From Candidatus Gastranaerophilales bacterium (lineage in GTDB: Bacteria; Cyanobacteriota; Vampirovibrionia; Gastranaerophilales; Gastranaerophilaceae): a DNA stretch of 64,000 nt. This document shows, one piece after another, positions 1 through 10,544 of the stretch. How positions within the stretch are numbered: the first letter of the stretch is position 1; each line of letters starts with the position of its first letter. Under the pieces are notes generated by a model. It was given only the letters and a program-made list of their open reading frames with translations, ran no database searches and was not told the DNA's origin. Location: assembly GCA_944325595.1 (NCBI GenBank), contig CALVAQ010000001.1:89380-153379 (forward strand), in the 5' to 3' direction. Position numbers and translations under genes: made by a program.

Positions 1-76
1 GCCCGCATCCCGGGCAGAAAGTGAAATGTCCGTCTTTTAAAAGTGATTCGGGTCTTTTATATACTAATGTTTCCAT
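1..76 (-). CDS. 2-oxoacid:ferredoxin oxidoreductase beta (TPP-binding) subunit, N-terminal fragment running off the window
   Basis: Reverse-strand reading from the ATG at 76 gives METLVYKRPESLLKDGHFTFCPGCG. The FCPGCG motif is typical of KorB/PorB-type beta subunit N-termini. The start overlaps the alpha-subunit stop by 13 nt. Confidence 0.55.
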   Translation of the reverse strand, partial: METLVYKRPESLLKDGHFTFCPGCG

Positions 77-1173
77 AATTTTTTGACCCCTGCTTCTATT
101 TTTGCTTCCAATCTGTTATCCAATTTTTTGTACAACTCCTGAATTTTTTCAAACATCATATCCGGCGTAAGCAATCCGCCTGCGGTTCTGCCGAAAAACT
201 CAACCGGACAAGCACCGAAGACCGCTGAACGTACATCAAGAAGCATCTGTCCTTTGTTCAATTCCAAATCAAGAATCATATCGGCGTGTTGTGCTGCTTC
301 ATGCAGCTGCTTTTCAGGGAACGGGTACAGTGTAATCGGTCTGAACAACCCTACTTTCATTCCTGCTTTTCTGGCTTTTTGAACTGCTGATTTTGCTATT
401 CTGCCTACCGTGCCAAAAGCTGTCAAAATAAGTCTTGCATCGCCTGTCATATAGCTTTCATAGGTTGTTTCTTCTTTTGCGACCTGTTCATATTTTTCAA
501 AAATTCTGTTTGTAAGTGCTTCCATCTCTCCTTCAGGCATGTGAAGAGAAACGATATTTCTGGGCTCACGATTGTTTGCCCCATCCAGCGCCCATTTTGT
601 AACGTCAGGATCTTTGTAGGGATATTCGCCAAATTCAGCCGGTTCCATCATTTGTCCTAACATGCCGTCAGCCAGCAGCATAACGGGATTTCTGTATTTC
701 AATGCAAGATGAAAAGCTCTGTATGTAAGGTCTACAGCCTCCTGAACTGTTGACGGAGAAAGAACAATCAAATGATAGTCTCCGTTTCCGCCGCCTTTGA
801 GTGCTTGAAAATAATCAGCCTGCGCCGGTGCAATATTCCCGAGCCCCGGTCCGCCTCTCATCACACTCACGATAACACCCGGAACCTCCGCACAACACAT
901 GGCGGAAAATGCTTCCTGCATAAGAGCAATTCCGCATGAGGATGATGATGTCATTGCTTTTGTTCCTGTAGTACCGGCGCCTATAACCATGTTTATGGAA
1001 GCGAGTTCGCTTTCTGCCGTGATAAACACCCTGCCCAATTCCGGCAGGTGCGCACCCATATATTCTCCGATTTCGCTCTGCGGTGTAATCGGATAACCGA
1101 AATAGCATTGACAGCCTGCTTTGATAGCGGCTTTTGCTATTGCTTCATTTCCTTTTACCAGTTCTTTTGCCAC
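64..1173 (-). CDS. 2-oxoacid:ferredoxin oxidoreductase alpha subunit (KorA/VorB type)
   Basis: The N-terminus GNEAIAKAAIKAGCQCYFGYPITPQSEI is the hallmark of pyruvate/2-oxoglutarate:ferredoxin oxidoreductase alpha subunits. It is flanked by ferredoxin and beta-subunit genes. Confidence 0.85.
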   Translation of the reverse strand: MAKELVKGNEAIAKAAIKAGCQCYFGYPITPQSEIGEYMGAHLPELGRVFITAESELASINMVIGAGTTGTKAMTSSSSCGIALMQEAFSAMCCAEVPGVIVSVMRGGPGLGNIAPAQADYFQALKGGGNGDYHLIVLSPSTVQEAVDLTYRAFHLALKYRNPVMLLADGMLGQMMEPAEFGEYPYKDPDVTKWALDGANNREPRNIVSLHMPEGEMEALTNRIFEKYEQVAKEETTYESYMTGDARLILTAFGTVGRIAKSAVQKARKAGMKVGLFRPITLYPFPEKQLHEAAQHADMILDLELNKGQMLLDVRSAVFGACPVEFFGRTAGGLLTPDMMFEKIQELYKKLDNRLEAKIEAGVKKLWKH

Positions 1174-1382
1174 TATCTGTAAACCTCTTTGATTGCTACG
1201 TCAGGGCAATTCATTGCACACATGCCGCAGCCTATACACTCATGATTCTCATCAACAAACTCTGCCGGAAAATATCCGTTTATGTTTGCTTCTTCACTCT
1301 TTTTCAATAACCCTTTAGGACATGCGCCTATGCAGAGATAACAACCCTTGCACACATCTCTATCTATTACAACCCTGCCCAT
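1173..1382 (-). CDS. 4Fe-4S dicluster ferredoxin (delta-type subunit of the oxidoreductase)
   Basis: A 69-aa protein with two CxxCxxCxxxCP motifs (CKGCYLCIGACP, CIGCGMCAMNCP). Its stop overlaps the alpha-subunit start by 1 nt. Confidence 0.8.
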   Translation of the reverse strand: MGRVVIDRDVCKGCYLCIGACPKGLLKKSEEANINGYFPAEFVDENHECIGCGMCAMNCPDVAIKEVYR

Positions 1383-1449
1383 TAAATATCGTGCCTGATT
1401 TAAACTATTTACCTATTCAATTGTACCACTTAGCAAAGAAAACACAAGG

Positions 1450-3996
1450 TTATTTCTTTGTTTGTGAATACAATGGTGACATAACTTTATCAAAAGTTTG
1501 TTTGTAAAAATCGGTGTTGATATTCAATCTGTTGCCCAATTCAAGCAGAAGCAGTACAAATTTTCTGTCGTATTCATCTTTTAGTTCGTCAATATTTGAA
1601 ACGACTTCTTCAAGAATTTCATGTATTTTGTTGAAGTATGTATTTTGGGCTTCTGATGTATCAATGCGCAGTTCGAGCAAATCAACGTACTTAAACAAAT
1701 TGAGTACCGTTTCAATCCTGTGTATTTCAGGATTTTTTGCAAGTGCATACATAGCATCCGTGACCTTGTCGGTAAAAATTTTGTTTGCCAATTTTTTATC
1801 CAGAGTAATATCGAGCATTTTTGCTTCGTTATTGATATCAATGGCTTCTTGCAAATCATGTTCATTGATAATTTTGTCAGCATTTTCAAACTGTTTGCTA
1901 AATTCAATACCGAGCACGTATCTTGCGGCAATTTTGAATTCATCCGGCGGGGTCAAGCCGAGATTTTTGAAATGGAAAATAGAGGCTTTTCCGTCTTCAT
2001 AAATATCTTTGTACAGACCGGAGAATTTGCTTGTTTTGCCTTGAATCATTACATTGAGGATTTTTCTTCTTTCTTCAATAAAGATATCCTTGAGTGTGTA
2101 GTATTCAGTGCCGAAGTTTTTATCGAGGCTTCTTATTATTTCCGTAAGCGGATAATTTACAAATGTCGAAGTCAAATTCTTCTGGATTTCGTTGAATTCT
2201 TCCGCTGTAGAGTATTCTTTTATTGCACAGTGGAAGTCCCCGCCCGAGTATTTAAGCAGAGCAAAAATCAAATCATATTTCTCAAGTGTTATCTGTGATT
2301 TTATTGCCACACGACCGATATACAGGCTGTTTTTGCCTTTGGAAACGGTTTTGTAACTCAATCGTTTTATGTCATAGCAGTAAAGGCTTGTTTCATCTTC
2401 TATTTCTTCGTCATAAAGAGAAACAATCGCCCAAAGGCTGGCAATTTGTTTTATTGTTACAACGGACGGTTTTACAAATTTTTTGTAAATATCCGCACCT
2501 GTGCCGAATTCTTTGATGTTGCTGTGGGCATTTGAGAGAATATTCACAAATTCCGACTCAAAATCTTCATCCGTAAAACTTGCTGCAAGCTGCATTGCAC
2601 GGGCAGCATATTTCATTATCTGTGTTGTTTCAATACCTGAAATATCCGCAAAGAACCATCCGCAGCTTGTATACATAAGCATTGCCTGTCTCTGGATTTC
2701 AAGAAGTTTCATCGCCGCAACTTTATCCTGATCGTTGCATTCGGGTTTGAGGTTGTTTCTGAAAAAGTTTTTTATAGAAAGTTCGCTTCTGTCCAGAATA
2801 ACATTTATGTACTCGTTTCTGACATCCCACGGGTCTTTTGTAAAGAATTTTTTGCCCTGTTTTTCGTACAGCACAATGAGTTTGTCTCTCAGATAATCAA
2901 GAGCATCTCTCAGCGGTTTTCTCCATTTCTGATTCCAGCTCGGCTGTCCGCCTGTTGAGCATCCGCAGTCCTCTTTCCATCTGCCTACGCCATGGAAACA
3001 GCTCCAAGAAGAAGCCTGTTTTATGTCGACTTCATCTTTCACACCGTATTTATCAAGATATTCGGCATAGTTTGTTATAGTAAATCCGGAATCCTTTGCT
3101 TTGACTCTCAAAACGTATGCCAGAGCCATGTCGCCGAATTTTGTGTGGTGTCCGTAACTTTCACCGTCGGTTGCAATATGTACAAGCTGTGAGTAACCTC
3201 TTGTGTCTGAAAGACCGTCTTTCAGTCTGTTAACAAACTTGTTTCCGTCTTGAAGAATATTGTCAAACGCAACGGATTTTGAGATAGCTCCGTCATAGAA
3301 GAACAAATCTATATATTTTTTCGGATTTGTTTTTATAAAATATCTGTACGGCTTTGCAGGGTCAATATTTCCCCATCCTGCATCAGTCCATTCTTTGTCG
3401 CCGATTTTTCTGTATTTTTGTGACTGATAGGGAGAAAGTATGGTGAATTTTATACCGTTGTCAGCCAGAACTTCAAGGGTTTCATCGTCTACGGCTGTTT
3501 CGGCAAGCCACATACCTTCAGGCATTCTTCCAAACCGGTATTCAAAGTCTCTTATGCCCCATCTGACCTGAGTTTCCTTGTCATGTCTGTTTGCCAGAGG
3601 CATAATCATATGATTGTATACCTGGGCAATTGCGTTTCCGTGTCCGGAAAATTTTACACGGCTTACGATATCGGCTCTTATCACCCTTTCATAGGTTTTT
3701 GGTGCGTGTTTTTCCATCCAGGACAAAAGAGTCGGTCCGAAATTGTAGCTCATCAAAGAATAGTTGTTGACGATATCAAGAACTTTGTTGTTCGCATCAA
3801 CAATTCTCGATGCGGAGTTAGGGTTGTAGCATTCGAGATTTACTCTTTCATTCCAGTCATGAAACGGCAGTGCGCTGTCTTGCAGCTCAATTGCTTCCAG
3901 CCATGGATTTTCTCTTGGCGGCTGGTAAAAATGACCGTGTATTGCCAGATAATTCTTTTTCTTTTCGTTTTTGCTTTCAGATTTGCTTTCTGCCAT
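1450..3996 (-). CDS. Glycoside hydrolase family 57 protein with a long C-terminal helical (DUF3536-like) extension
   Basis: The N-terminal HGHFYQPPRENPW and later ESYGHH motifs match the GH57 alpha-glucan enzyme family. The 848-aa length fits the GH57+DUF3536 architecture. Confidence 0.8.
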   Translation of the reverse strand: MAESKSESKNEKKKNYLAIHGHFYQPPRENPWLEAIELQDSALPFHDWNERVNLECYNPNSASRIVDANNKVLDIVNNYSLMSYNFGPTLLSWMEKHAPKTYERVIRADIVSRVKFSGHGNAIAQVYNHMIMPLANRHDKETQVRWGIRDFEYRFGRMPEGMWLAETAVDDETLEVLADNGIKFTILSPYQSQKYRKIGDKEWTDAGWGNIDPAKPYRYFIKTNPKKYIDLFFYDGAISKSVAFDNILQDGNKFVNRLKDGLSDTRGYSQLVHIATDGESYGHHTKFGDMALAYVLRVKAKDSGFTITNYAEYLDKYGVKDEVDIKQASSWSCFHGVGRWKEDCGCSTGGQPSWNQKWRKPLRDALDYLRDKLIVLYEKQGKKFFTKDPWDVRNEYINVILDRSELSIKNFFRNNLKPECNDQDKVAAMKLLEIQRQAMLMYTSCGWFFADISGIETTQIMKYAARAMQLAASFTDEDFESEFVNILSNAHSNIKEFGTGADIYKKFVKPSVVTIKQIASLWAIVSLYDEEIEDETSLYCYDIKRLSYKTVSKGKNSLYIGRVAIKSQITLEKYDLIFALLKYSGGDFHCAIKEYSTAEEFNEIQKNLTSTFVNYPLTEIIRSLDKNFGTEYYTLKDIFIEERRKILNVMIQGKTSKFSGLYKDIYEDGKASIFHFKNLGLTPPDEFKIAARYVLGIEFSKQFENADKIINEHDLQEAIDINNEAKMLDITLDKKLANKIFTDKVTDAMYALAKNPEIHRIETVLNLFKYVDLLELRIDTSEAQNTYFNKIHEILEEVVSNIDELKDEYDRKFVLLLLELGNRLNINTDFYKQTFDKVMSPLYSQTKK

Positions 3997-4073
3997 AACA
4001 AATATAACTCCGCAACTAATCTACAAATTTGACCTGATAATATTATATATTTTGTTTTGTTTTTTTCAATTTT

Positions 4074-4631
4074 TTATGCTTTTTTGTCCTTGTTTTTCTT
4101 TGAAACAATGACCAGCTTGTCTGTATCAACCCATGCATCGGTCAATGCATCAGAAAAGACTTTGCCGTACACTTCAATCACATCGCCGGAATCCAAATCA
4201 ATAAATTTCTCGGCATAAGTACGTTTGATAAAAATCTTCATCTCTGACAGAGGAATTGTATGGTCTGTGACATCATCTCTCTTTATCAGGTATGAAATAT
4301 ACTTTTGTGAATCTCTAAATGCCGGTTTGTAATCAAGCCCGAGTGTTGAAAATTTGTCAAAAACAGCTTTAAACTTAACCTGTTTTCCGACATATTGTGA
4401 AGGGTTTGCCACTACATCAAGCGGTTTTACTTCAATATAGCTGTTTTCGTTTACACAGGGATCTGTCTCGGCTTTTTTTGCTTCGGCAAGATTTAAATCA
4501 ACAGCTTTTACTGCGGGTTTAGCGGGTTGTGTCTCGGACAGCATAGGTTTGTTTGCAAAAGCAACAAGTCCTCCTGCCAGCACCAGCGCTGCTATCAAAG
4601 ATGTGAGTATTTTATTTTTCATATTATTCAT
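4074..4631 (-). CDS. Secreted or membrane-anchored hypothetical protein
   Basis: Intact 185-aa ORF with an N-terminal signal-like segment (KILTSLIAALVLAGGLVAFA). I recognise no family. Confidence 0.55.
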   Translation of the reverse strand: MNNMKNKILTSLIAALVLAGGLVAFANKPMLSETQPAKPAVKAVDLNLAEAKKAETDPCVNENSYIEVKPLDVVANPSQYVGKQVKFKAVFDKFSTLGLDYKPAFRDSQKYISYLIKRDDVTDHTIPLSEMKIFIKRTYAEKFIDLDSGDVIEVYGKVFSDALTDAWVDTDKLVIVSKKNKDKKA

Positions 4632-4696
4632 AATTTACCTTCTGTAGTTTTCTTTACGGTTTTAATTTTATCATATATCTTCAAAATAGTATGCAA

Positions 4697-6022
4697 TTAG
4701 TTTATACTGTCCGGCTTTCCGATTCTAAGAGTAATTGAAAACAGAAATACAAAGACAGGCAGGATTTGAAGAATTATTCTCTCCATGGAATTTTCCGTAA
4801 GCCAGTTTATATCGTGAGGTGAAAGAATATAAACTGCCAGATAGCCTGCAATCATAAACAACAGTATTGCCAGAGAGAGAGCAAAAGAATTTTTGAATTT
4901 TTCTTTTATCTTAAATCCCTTGATAGCAAGGATCGCCAGTGACAAAAACAGCACAAACTTTCCGAACATCAGTGTCAAAAAGGTTTGTAAAACGACAAGA
5001 TATCTATGCAAATCAAAAGCAAACGTATATGATTTTACTTCCAAAAATCCGTATACAAGGTCGTTTGGTGCACCCGCAAATTTTTTGTAAAGAATTGCAC
5101 AGGCGGCAAATATTGCTGCGATTGCTGCAGTGATGAGAGTCTTTTTGTTCCGTTTATTTGCAACAAACCAGCAAAGCATTACAAGTGTATATACAGCAAG
5201 GAGCATCAAACCTTCATTTTTTACCCATACACTTGCTCCGGCAAATATTATACTAAGCAAGAATGTGGTAAATCTTTTGTTTTTAAAATAAAAGAACAGA
5301 CAAACAATGCTGCTCAAAAAGAACATTGCAAGCGGAATATCAGCGCATTGTGCGGCACCGTTTACAAGAAAAATATCGGATATCATAAACACGGTACATA
5401 CAACGGCTGCTGCTTTTTCGCTTTTGAAATAGCAGATTGCCTGATACAGAAGATAAACAAGCCCGAAAGTAAACAAAAGCCCCATTGCCAGATTTGCCCA
5501 GAACCATTGATGACCGGCATACTGCCAGAGTCTTGCAACGGAAGCAGGCAAAAACAACGGATAATCACAGTGAGACATAAAATGCGGAAGATGAAAAACA
5601 TTTTTCCACAAAGGGCTTTGCAGATACAAAAATTCTGCCTTTATGTTCCAAATGCGAAAACCGTCCCAGCTTCCCATAGGGTTGTTAATAAAATATTTCA
5701 GAAAAATTGCAAGCGCATATATGTTTACCACATAAAACCAGTTGCTGAGTTTTTTGAATTTGTGTTTTGCCATCTCAGGTTTTTCATGATTGAAATAAAC
5801 AAGCGCAAGTACAATAACGGCAATCAGCTCAAACCATTTAAAATCCTGAAAATTGTACAAATTTAAACACTGATACAAAAAATAGAAAACGGAACTGACG
5901 GCAAACCCCATAGGGATTGAAAACAGGAGTCTAAACCTGAGTTCCATCTCTCTGTCAATAATTGAGACGACAAAATATCCGCTCAAAAGTGTTATTAATA
6001 AAGCAAACAAAACGCCAGTCAT
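4697..6022 (-). CDS. Polytopic membrane protein, GT-C/ArnT-like glycosyltransferase candidate
   Basis: A 441-aa protein with more than 10 hydrophobic segments and aromatic-rich loops. It overlaps the upstream ORF by 4 nt. The family assignment is by architecture only. Confidence 0.5.
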   Translation of the reverse strand: MTGVLFALLITLLSGYFVVSIIDREMELRFRLLFSIPMGFAVSSVFYFLYQCLNLYNFQDFKWFELIAVIVLALVYFNHEKPEMAKHKFKKLSNWFYVVNIYALAIFLKYFINNPMGSWDGFRIWNIKAEFLYLQSPLWKNVFHLPHFMSHCDYPLFLPASVARLWQYAGHQWFWANLAMGLLFTFGLVYLLYQAICYFKSEKAAAVVCTVFMISDIFLVNGAAQCADIPLAMFFLSSIVCLFFYFKNKRFTTFLLSIIFAGASVWVKNEGLMLLAVYTLVMLCWFVANKRNKKTLITAAIAAIFAACAILYKKFAGAPNDLVYGFLEVKSYTFAFDLHRYLVVLQTFLTLMFGKFVLFLSLAILAIKGFKIKEKFKNSFALSLAILLFMIAGYLAVYILSPHDINWLTENSMERIILQILPVFVFLFSITLRIGKPDSIN

Positions 6023-6468
6023 TTGTCATTCCTTTTTAGTATATAAATATTCTCATTAATTTTTTGTTCAATCAAAAAGCCGTCCGGTATTGTTTTTTTC
6101 TTTTCAAAATCGGCAATTACATATTTGTGTTTCAAATCATTTTTCAAAACAGACGGTACGATTGCATACTGTGCAATATAGTAAGATTTTATTGTATCAA
6201 CAAGGTCAAAAACACTGTTTTGTGCAATGTCTGAAACAAATCCGATTTCTCCTTCATCCTGAAAACCCTCTGTTTTTAAAGATGCTGTTTTTATTGCTTC
6301 AACAGTTGAATAGAACTGATTATGCCAGATAAAATCTTTTGCAATCATCGTAAACGGTACCTGTAAAGGCAAAAAGAAATATTTCAAATTCCAGAGTACA
6401 ACGATTAGAAATACCGCATTAAAAAAAACTTTGTCAGGGATTTTGTGGATTTTTTTTATCATGTCCAT
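6019..6468 (-). CDS. Membrane-anchored hypothetical protein
   Basis: A 149-aa ORF with one N-terminal TM (FFNAVFLIVVLWNLKYFFL). It overlaps coaE by 10 nt and the downstream membrane protein by 4 nt, an operon-like arrangement. Confidence 0.5.
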   Translation of the reverse strand: MDMIKKIHKIPDKVFFNAVFLIVVLWNLKYFFLPLQVPFTMIAKDFIWHNQFYSTVEAIKTASLKTEGFQDEGEIGFVSDIAQNSVFDLVDTIKSYYIAQYAIVPSVLKNDLKHKYVIADFEKKKTIPDGFLIEQKINENIYILKRNDK

Positions 6469-7058
6469 AATCTTTCAATTGTTTTGTTTATCTGTGTTTC
6501 AAGTTCTATGAGGTCATTGTTGTTTTCAATTATAAAATCTGCCATGTATCTTTTCTCTTCTTGAGAAACTTGAGAGTTTATGCGTTCTATTGCGTGCTCA
6601 AGACTGTAGCCGTTTCTGTTCATGAGTCTCTGGAGTCTGATTTTTTTGTCCGCACAAACAAGAATAGTCCTGTCAAAAAGGTTCTGCATGTTTGCTTCAA
6701 ACAAAAGAGGAACCGAAGCAACCGCTATTTCTTCATTTTCATGCTCTTCAAAAAACTCCAGTATTTTCTTTTCTGCAAGCGGATGCAGGATATTTTCCAG
6801 CGCCTCCATTTTTTCGGGATTAGAAAAAACAATGAGACCTATTTTGTGGCGTCCGAGACGTCCGTCTTCAAGAAAAATGTCCTGTCCTTTGAACAGTTCG
6901 GAGACTTTTTCAATGACTTCTTCGTTGCCGTCCATAAGCCTGTGACAAATCCAGTCGGCATCAATTACGGGGATACCTTTTTTTTCAAAATAACTTTGTA
7001 CAATGGATTTTCCTGAGGCGATATTGCCTGTGAGACCTACTTTTAACATGCTTGCCAA
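6459..7058 (-). CDS. coaE: Dephospho-CoA kinase
   Basis: P-loop VGLTGNIASGKS at the N-terminus, ~200 aa, CoaE-like throughout. Confidence 0.9.
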   Translation of the reverse strand: MASMLKVGLTGNIASGKSIVQSYFEKKGIPVIDADWICHRLMDGNEEVIEKVSELFKGQDIFLEDGRLGRHKIGLIVFSNPEKMEALENILHPLAEKKILEFFEEHENEEIAVASVPLLFEANMQNLFDRTILVCADKKIRLQRLMNRNGYSLEHAIERINSQVSQEEKRYMADFIIENNNDLIELETQINKTIERLWT

Positions 7059-7108
7059 CTTTCCGTAAGTTAACTGTTTTAAATTTATGCCGCAATTTAC
7101 GGCATATT

Positions 7109-8545
7109 TTATTTCAATTCAAAAACCGTGCCGTCTTTTGTGTCTTTGAGCACGATATTTATTTTATCCAGAGAATTTCTGATTGAATCTGCTGCAGCCC
7201 AGTCTTTTTGCGCTCTGGCGTTGTTTCTTGTTTCAATAATTTTTGCCATTATTTCTTTTGCGGGAGCTGTTTTATCTTCAACAAAATCAAAATCGTCTAT
7301 GATTTTATCGAGTTTTTCTTTGAGTTGGTTTTCATCGAGTTCTACTTTTTCAAAGTCAAAACCGAGAACCCTTGACAGCCTGATTAAGACAGAAATATAT
7401 TTTGTTGCTTCGTCTTTGCTGCCCGAGTCTTTTGCTTTGTTTGCTTTTGATGCAACATCAAACAGAACCGCAAGTGCTTTTGAGGTGTTTATGTCATCGT
7501 TCATTGCTTCTTTGAAAGCTTCGATTTCTTCTGTTTCAATATTTTCAATGAGTTTGTCTTTTCCGACCCACGCAAGAACACTGTTTGCCGCATTTTTGAG
7601 TCTTTGAACACCGGCATGTGCCGCAGAAAGAGCCTCGTCATTAAATTCAACAGGCATTCTGTAATGGTTTGTCAAAATGAAAAATCTGATTGTATTTGCA
7701 TCATATTTTTCTAAAAGACCGTCAATAGTGATAAAATTGCCGAGAGATTTTGACATTTTTTCTTTGTTTATTGTTACAAAGCCGTTGTGCATCCAGTATT
7801 TTACAAATCTGCAGCCGTTTGCGCATTCAGACTGGGCAATTTCGTTCTCGTGATGCGGAAAAATCAAATCCGCACCGCCTGCATGAATATCGATTTCATC
7901 TGCCAGATGTTTTTTGCTCATTGCGGAACACTCAATATGCCAGCCAGGTCTGCCTGTTCCCCACGGGCTTTTGTAACCGAATTTTTCATCTTTTTTCCAC
8001 AATGCAAAATCAAGGGGGTCTTCTTTTATCGAAGAAGCCTCTACTCTCGCACCTGCTTCCAAATCATCTATAGGCTGTTTTGACAGCATGCCGTATTTTG
8101 GGAATTTTTTTACCCTAAAATAGACATCTCCGTCGGACTCATAGGCATAACCCTTTTCTATGAGGGTTTTTACCATTTTTATCATATCTCCGAGAGTTTT
8201 TGTAGCAAAAGGCTCTACATCAGGTTTCAGGTTGTTGAGTTTTTTCATAGACTCTGAAAATATGTCATAATATTTTTTTGCAATCTCATCAGGTGTACAG
8301 TTTTCTTTAACTGATTTGTTGAGAATTTTGTCATCCACATCTGTGACATTGCGGCAGTATTTGACGTCATATCCGAGAAATTTCAGATATCTGTACAGGA
8401 CATCCCATGTAATATAGCAGCGGGCATGTCCCAAATGCGGATGGTCATATACCGTAGGACCGCAAACATACATATTTACTTTATTTCCGTTTATGGGGGT
8501 GAAGTCTTCTGTTTTTCCGGAATATGAATTAAAAACTTTTAGCAT
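7109..8545 (-). CDS. cysS: Cysteine--tRNA ligase
   Basis: Class I signature HLGHARCY (HIGH-type) and KMSKSLGN. The sequence is CysRS-like throughout. Confidence 0.95.
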   Translation of the reverse strand: MLKVFNSYSGKTEDFTPINGNKVNMYVCGPTVYDHPHLGHARCYITWDVLYRYLKFLGYDVKYCRNVTDVDDKILNKSVKENCTPDEIAKKYYDIFSESMKKLNNLKPDVEPFATKTLGDMIKMVKTLIEKGYAYESDGDVYFRVKKFPKYGMLSKQPIDDLEAGARVEASSIKEDPLDFALWKKDEKFGYKSPWGTGRPGWHIECSAMSKKHLADEIDIHAGGADLIFPHHENEIAQSECANGCRFVKYWMHNGFVTINKEKMSKSLGNFITIDGLLEKYDANTIRFFILTNHYRMPVEFNDEALSAAHAGVQRLKNAANSVLAWVGKDKLIENIETEEIEAFKEAMNDDINTSKALAVLFDVASKANKAKDSGSKDEATKYISVLIRLSRVLGFDFEKVELDENQLKEKLDKIIDDFDFVEDKTAPAKEIMAKIIETRNNARAQKDWAAADSIRNSLDKINIVLKDTKDGTVFELK

Positions 8546-8644
8546 AATAATAGATTAACCTGATAAATATCCTCAACGATTATCTATATTACATCAAAAC
8601 CAGCTATCTTAAAAGCCCCTCAAGACTAATATAATATAAGCGTA

Positions 8645-10339
8645 TTATTTTTGTTCGGCGGATGCTATTGTATTTGTTTCTTTGCCCTGAAGTTTATTCC
8701 AGGCATCATATGCGGTTTTCATTATACTTTGTTTTTCTGCGTATTTTTTGTATAAGTCATCTGCTTTTGAACCTATGACATTCAAAAGATAACCTGTGAC
8801 CAGACCCAGAATCAGGTTTTTTGCACCGGTCCAGCCTCTTGTCGTACCGTAATATGTGACACCTACACCGCCAAGGATTGGAACACCCTGTGTCAGTGTT
8901 TTTGAAATTCTTTCATTTTTGTCTTTTGAACTTACAACAAGCAAGGTACCGAGAGCCGTCGGACCAAGGATACCCAGAATATCCGTAGGCAGAGAACCGA
9001 CCTGAAGTTCGGCAAGTTTGTCAAAAGAGTTTAACTCAGAGCCTATTGCATTGTTCAGATTGTTGTTCAATTCATTGGTAATTCGTTTTGCCTGTTTATA
9101 CTGAGGAGAATTTTTTCCGTATGTTTCTTTAATAAAAGTAATTGCCTCTTGAGCAAGTCCTTTTTTGGTATTTTCGGGACTGAGTATATTGTAAAATTCC
9201 GTGATTTTTTCATTTGAATTTTTGGCAATATCACTATAGCGGCTGTCTTTTTTGAATATTTGAAAAAGACTGCTCATTTCTTCTCTGAGATGTTTTACAG
9301 CTGCTTGTCTTACTTCGGCTTCCTGTGCTCCCGCAGCATTTTTGTATGATTCAAGAGCTTCACTTAGTTTTTTGACTATATCAACAGCTTTTGTATCCTG
9401 CGGATCAACGTGAATTTTTATTTCATTTATGATTTGTTTTATGTTGTTGTAGTTATCGTTGACATTGTTTGAGAATTTTACTTTTTCTTTTAAGAGATAT
9501 TTTGCAAGTTCTCTTTTGTCCGCTGCCACATAGTCTGTTGTTACATATGATTTTGCTTTTTTCAGGTTTTTAAACAACCCTTCGCCGCCAAAGAGTTTGT
9601 TGTATACTTTTTCATCAAGCCCGTACATTTTTTTGTAAGCATTATCCGCACGTTCATAGTGGGCGGCTGTTGTAAAAGTATTTTTGAAAGAATCTTTAAG
9701 TTTTCCTTTGTATAGTTTGAGATGTGATTTAATATACGGGTCATCGGCTTGTTTTATTAAATCATCGAGATATGAGCAGAATTTCAAATTTGCTGATTCA
9801 GCTTTTGAATAATAATTCCTTGTATTTTTTGTGACAATGTTTCTGAAAACATTGTTCATTTTTTTGACTATAGGTTCGCATTTGAATTTTTTCAGCCAGT
9901 GTCTTAAAAAACTGTCTTTTATTGCAGAAATGTTTGATGCTGCCTGCATGGTATCTGCTACAGGTTTCAGAGTCTGGCTGATTTTGAGTTTCATTTTTTG
10001 TGAAGTTGTCAATTCTTTTGTGTTTGAAGACAGGTCATAGATTTTTTTTTGCAGGGATTTTGACCATTTGTTTAATTTTTGTGCAAACCCGCTTGAAAAA
10101 CCTTTTGACAGAGTAAAAAGACCTATCAAAGTAAGTAAAGCAACAGAACCCACAGATATACCGATAATGCCGAATATCTTTTTGCCGTTGCCTTTTTTAT
10201 CGCTGTCCACATCGGATACTCTCACGGAGGCAATTGCAGGTGCAGGCTGATTTTCAGACATGTTTTTAGGTGCGGAAACAGTCTGTTTTGTTATTGCAAA
10301 ATCTTTGTATATATTATTTCCTGAAATATTTATAGTCAT
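8645..10339 (-). CDS. Hypothetical membrane protein: N-terminal tail, G/A-rich TM, long helical region, C-terminal TM pair
   Basis: Intact 564-aa ORF. It has a TM at about aa 57-78 (IFGIIGISVGSVALLTLIGLF) and C-terminal hydrophobic segments. I recognise no family. Confidence 0.6.
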   Translation of the reverse strand: MTINISGNNIYKDFAITKQTVSAPKNMSENQPAPAIASVRVSDVDSDKKGNGKKIFGIIGISVGSVALLTLIGLFTLSKGFSSGFAQKLNKWSKSLQKKIYDLSSNTKELTTSQKMKLKISQTLKPVADTMQAASNISAIKDSFLRHWLKKFKCEPIVKKMNNVFRNIVTKNTRNYYSKAESANLKFCSYLDDLIKQADDPYIKSHLKLYKGKLKDSFKNTFTTAAHYERADNAYKKMYGLDEKVYNKLFGGEGLFKNLKKAKSYVTTDYVAADKRELAKYLLKEKVKFSNNVNDNYNNIKQIINEIKIHVDPQDTKAVDIVKKLSEALESYKNAAGAQEAEVRQAAVKHLREEMSSLFQIFKKDSRYSDIAKNSNEKITEFYNILSPENTKKGLAQEAITFIKETYGKNSPQYKQAKRITNELNNNLNNAIGSELNSFDKLAELQVGSLPTDILGILGPTALGTLLVVSSKDKNERISKTLTQGVPILGGVGVTYYGTTRGWTGAKNLILGLVTGYLLNVIGSKADDLYKKYAEKQSIMKTAYDAWNKLQGKETNTIASAEQK

Positions 10340-10544
10340 AGACCTGCCTTGCCTTCACATGTATATTAAAACAAATCGGACGGGATATTTGCCAAAATAT
10401 ACGGAATTGTAATTTACAAAACATAATATTTGGTTAAAATTTTTATCCGTTCCGGCTAATTCCTTTCAAGATATGTTCTTTTTGACATGTGCGTGGTAAA
10501 ATCAGTTTAAATATAATTAGAGACACAGGGGAATTTTTATATAA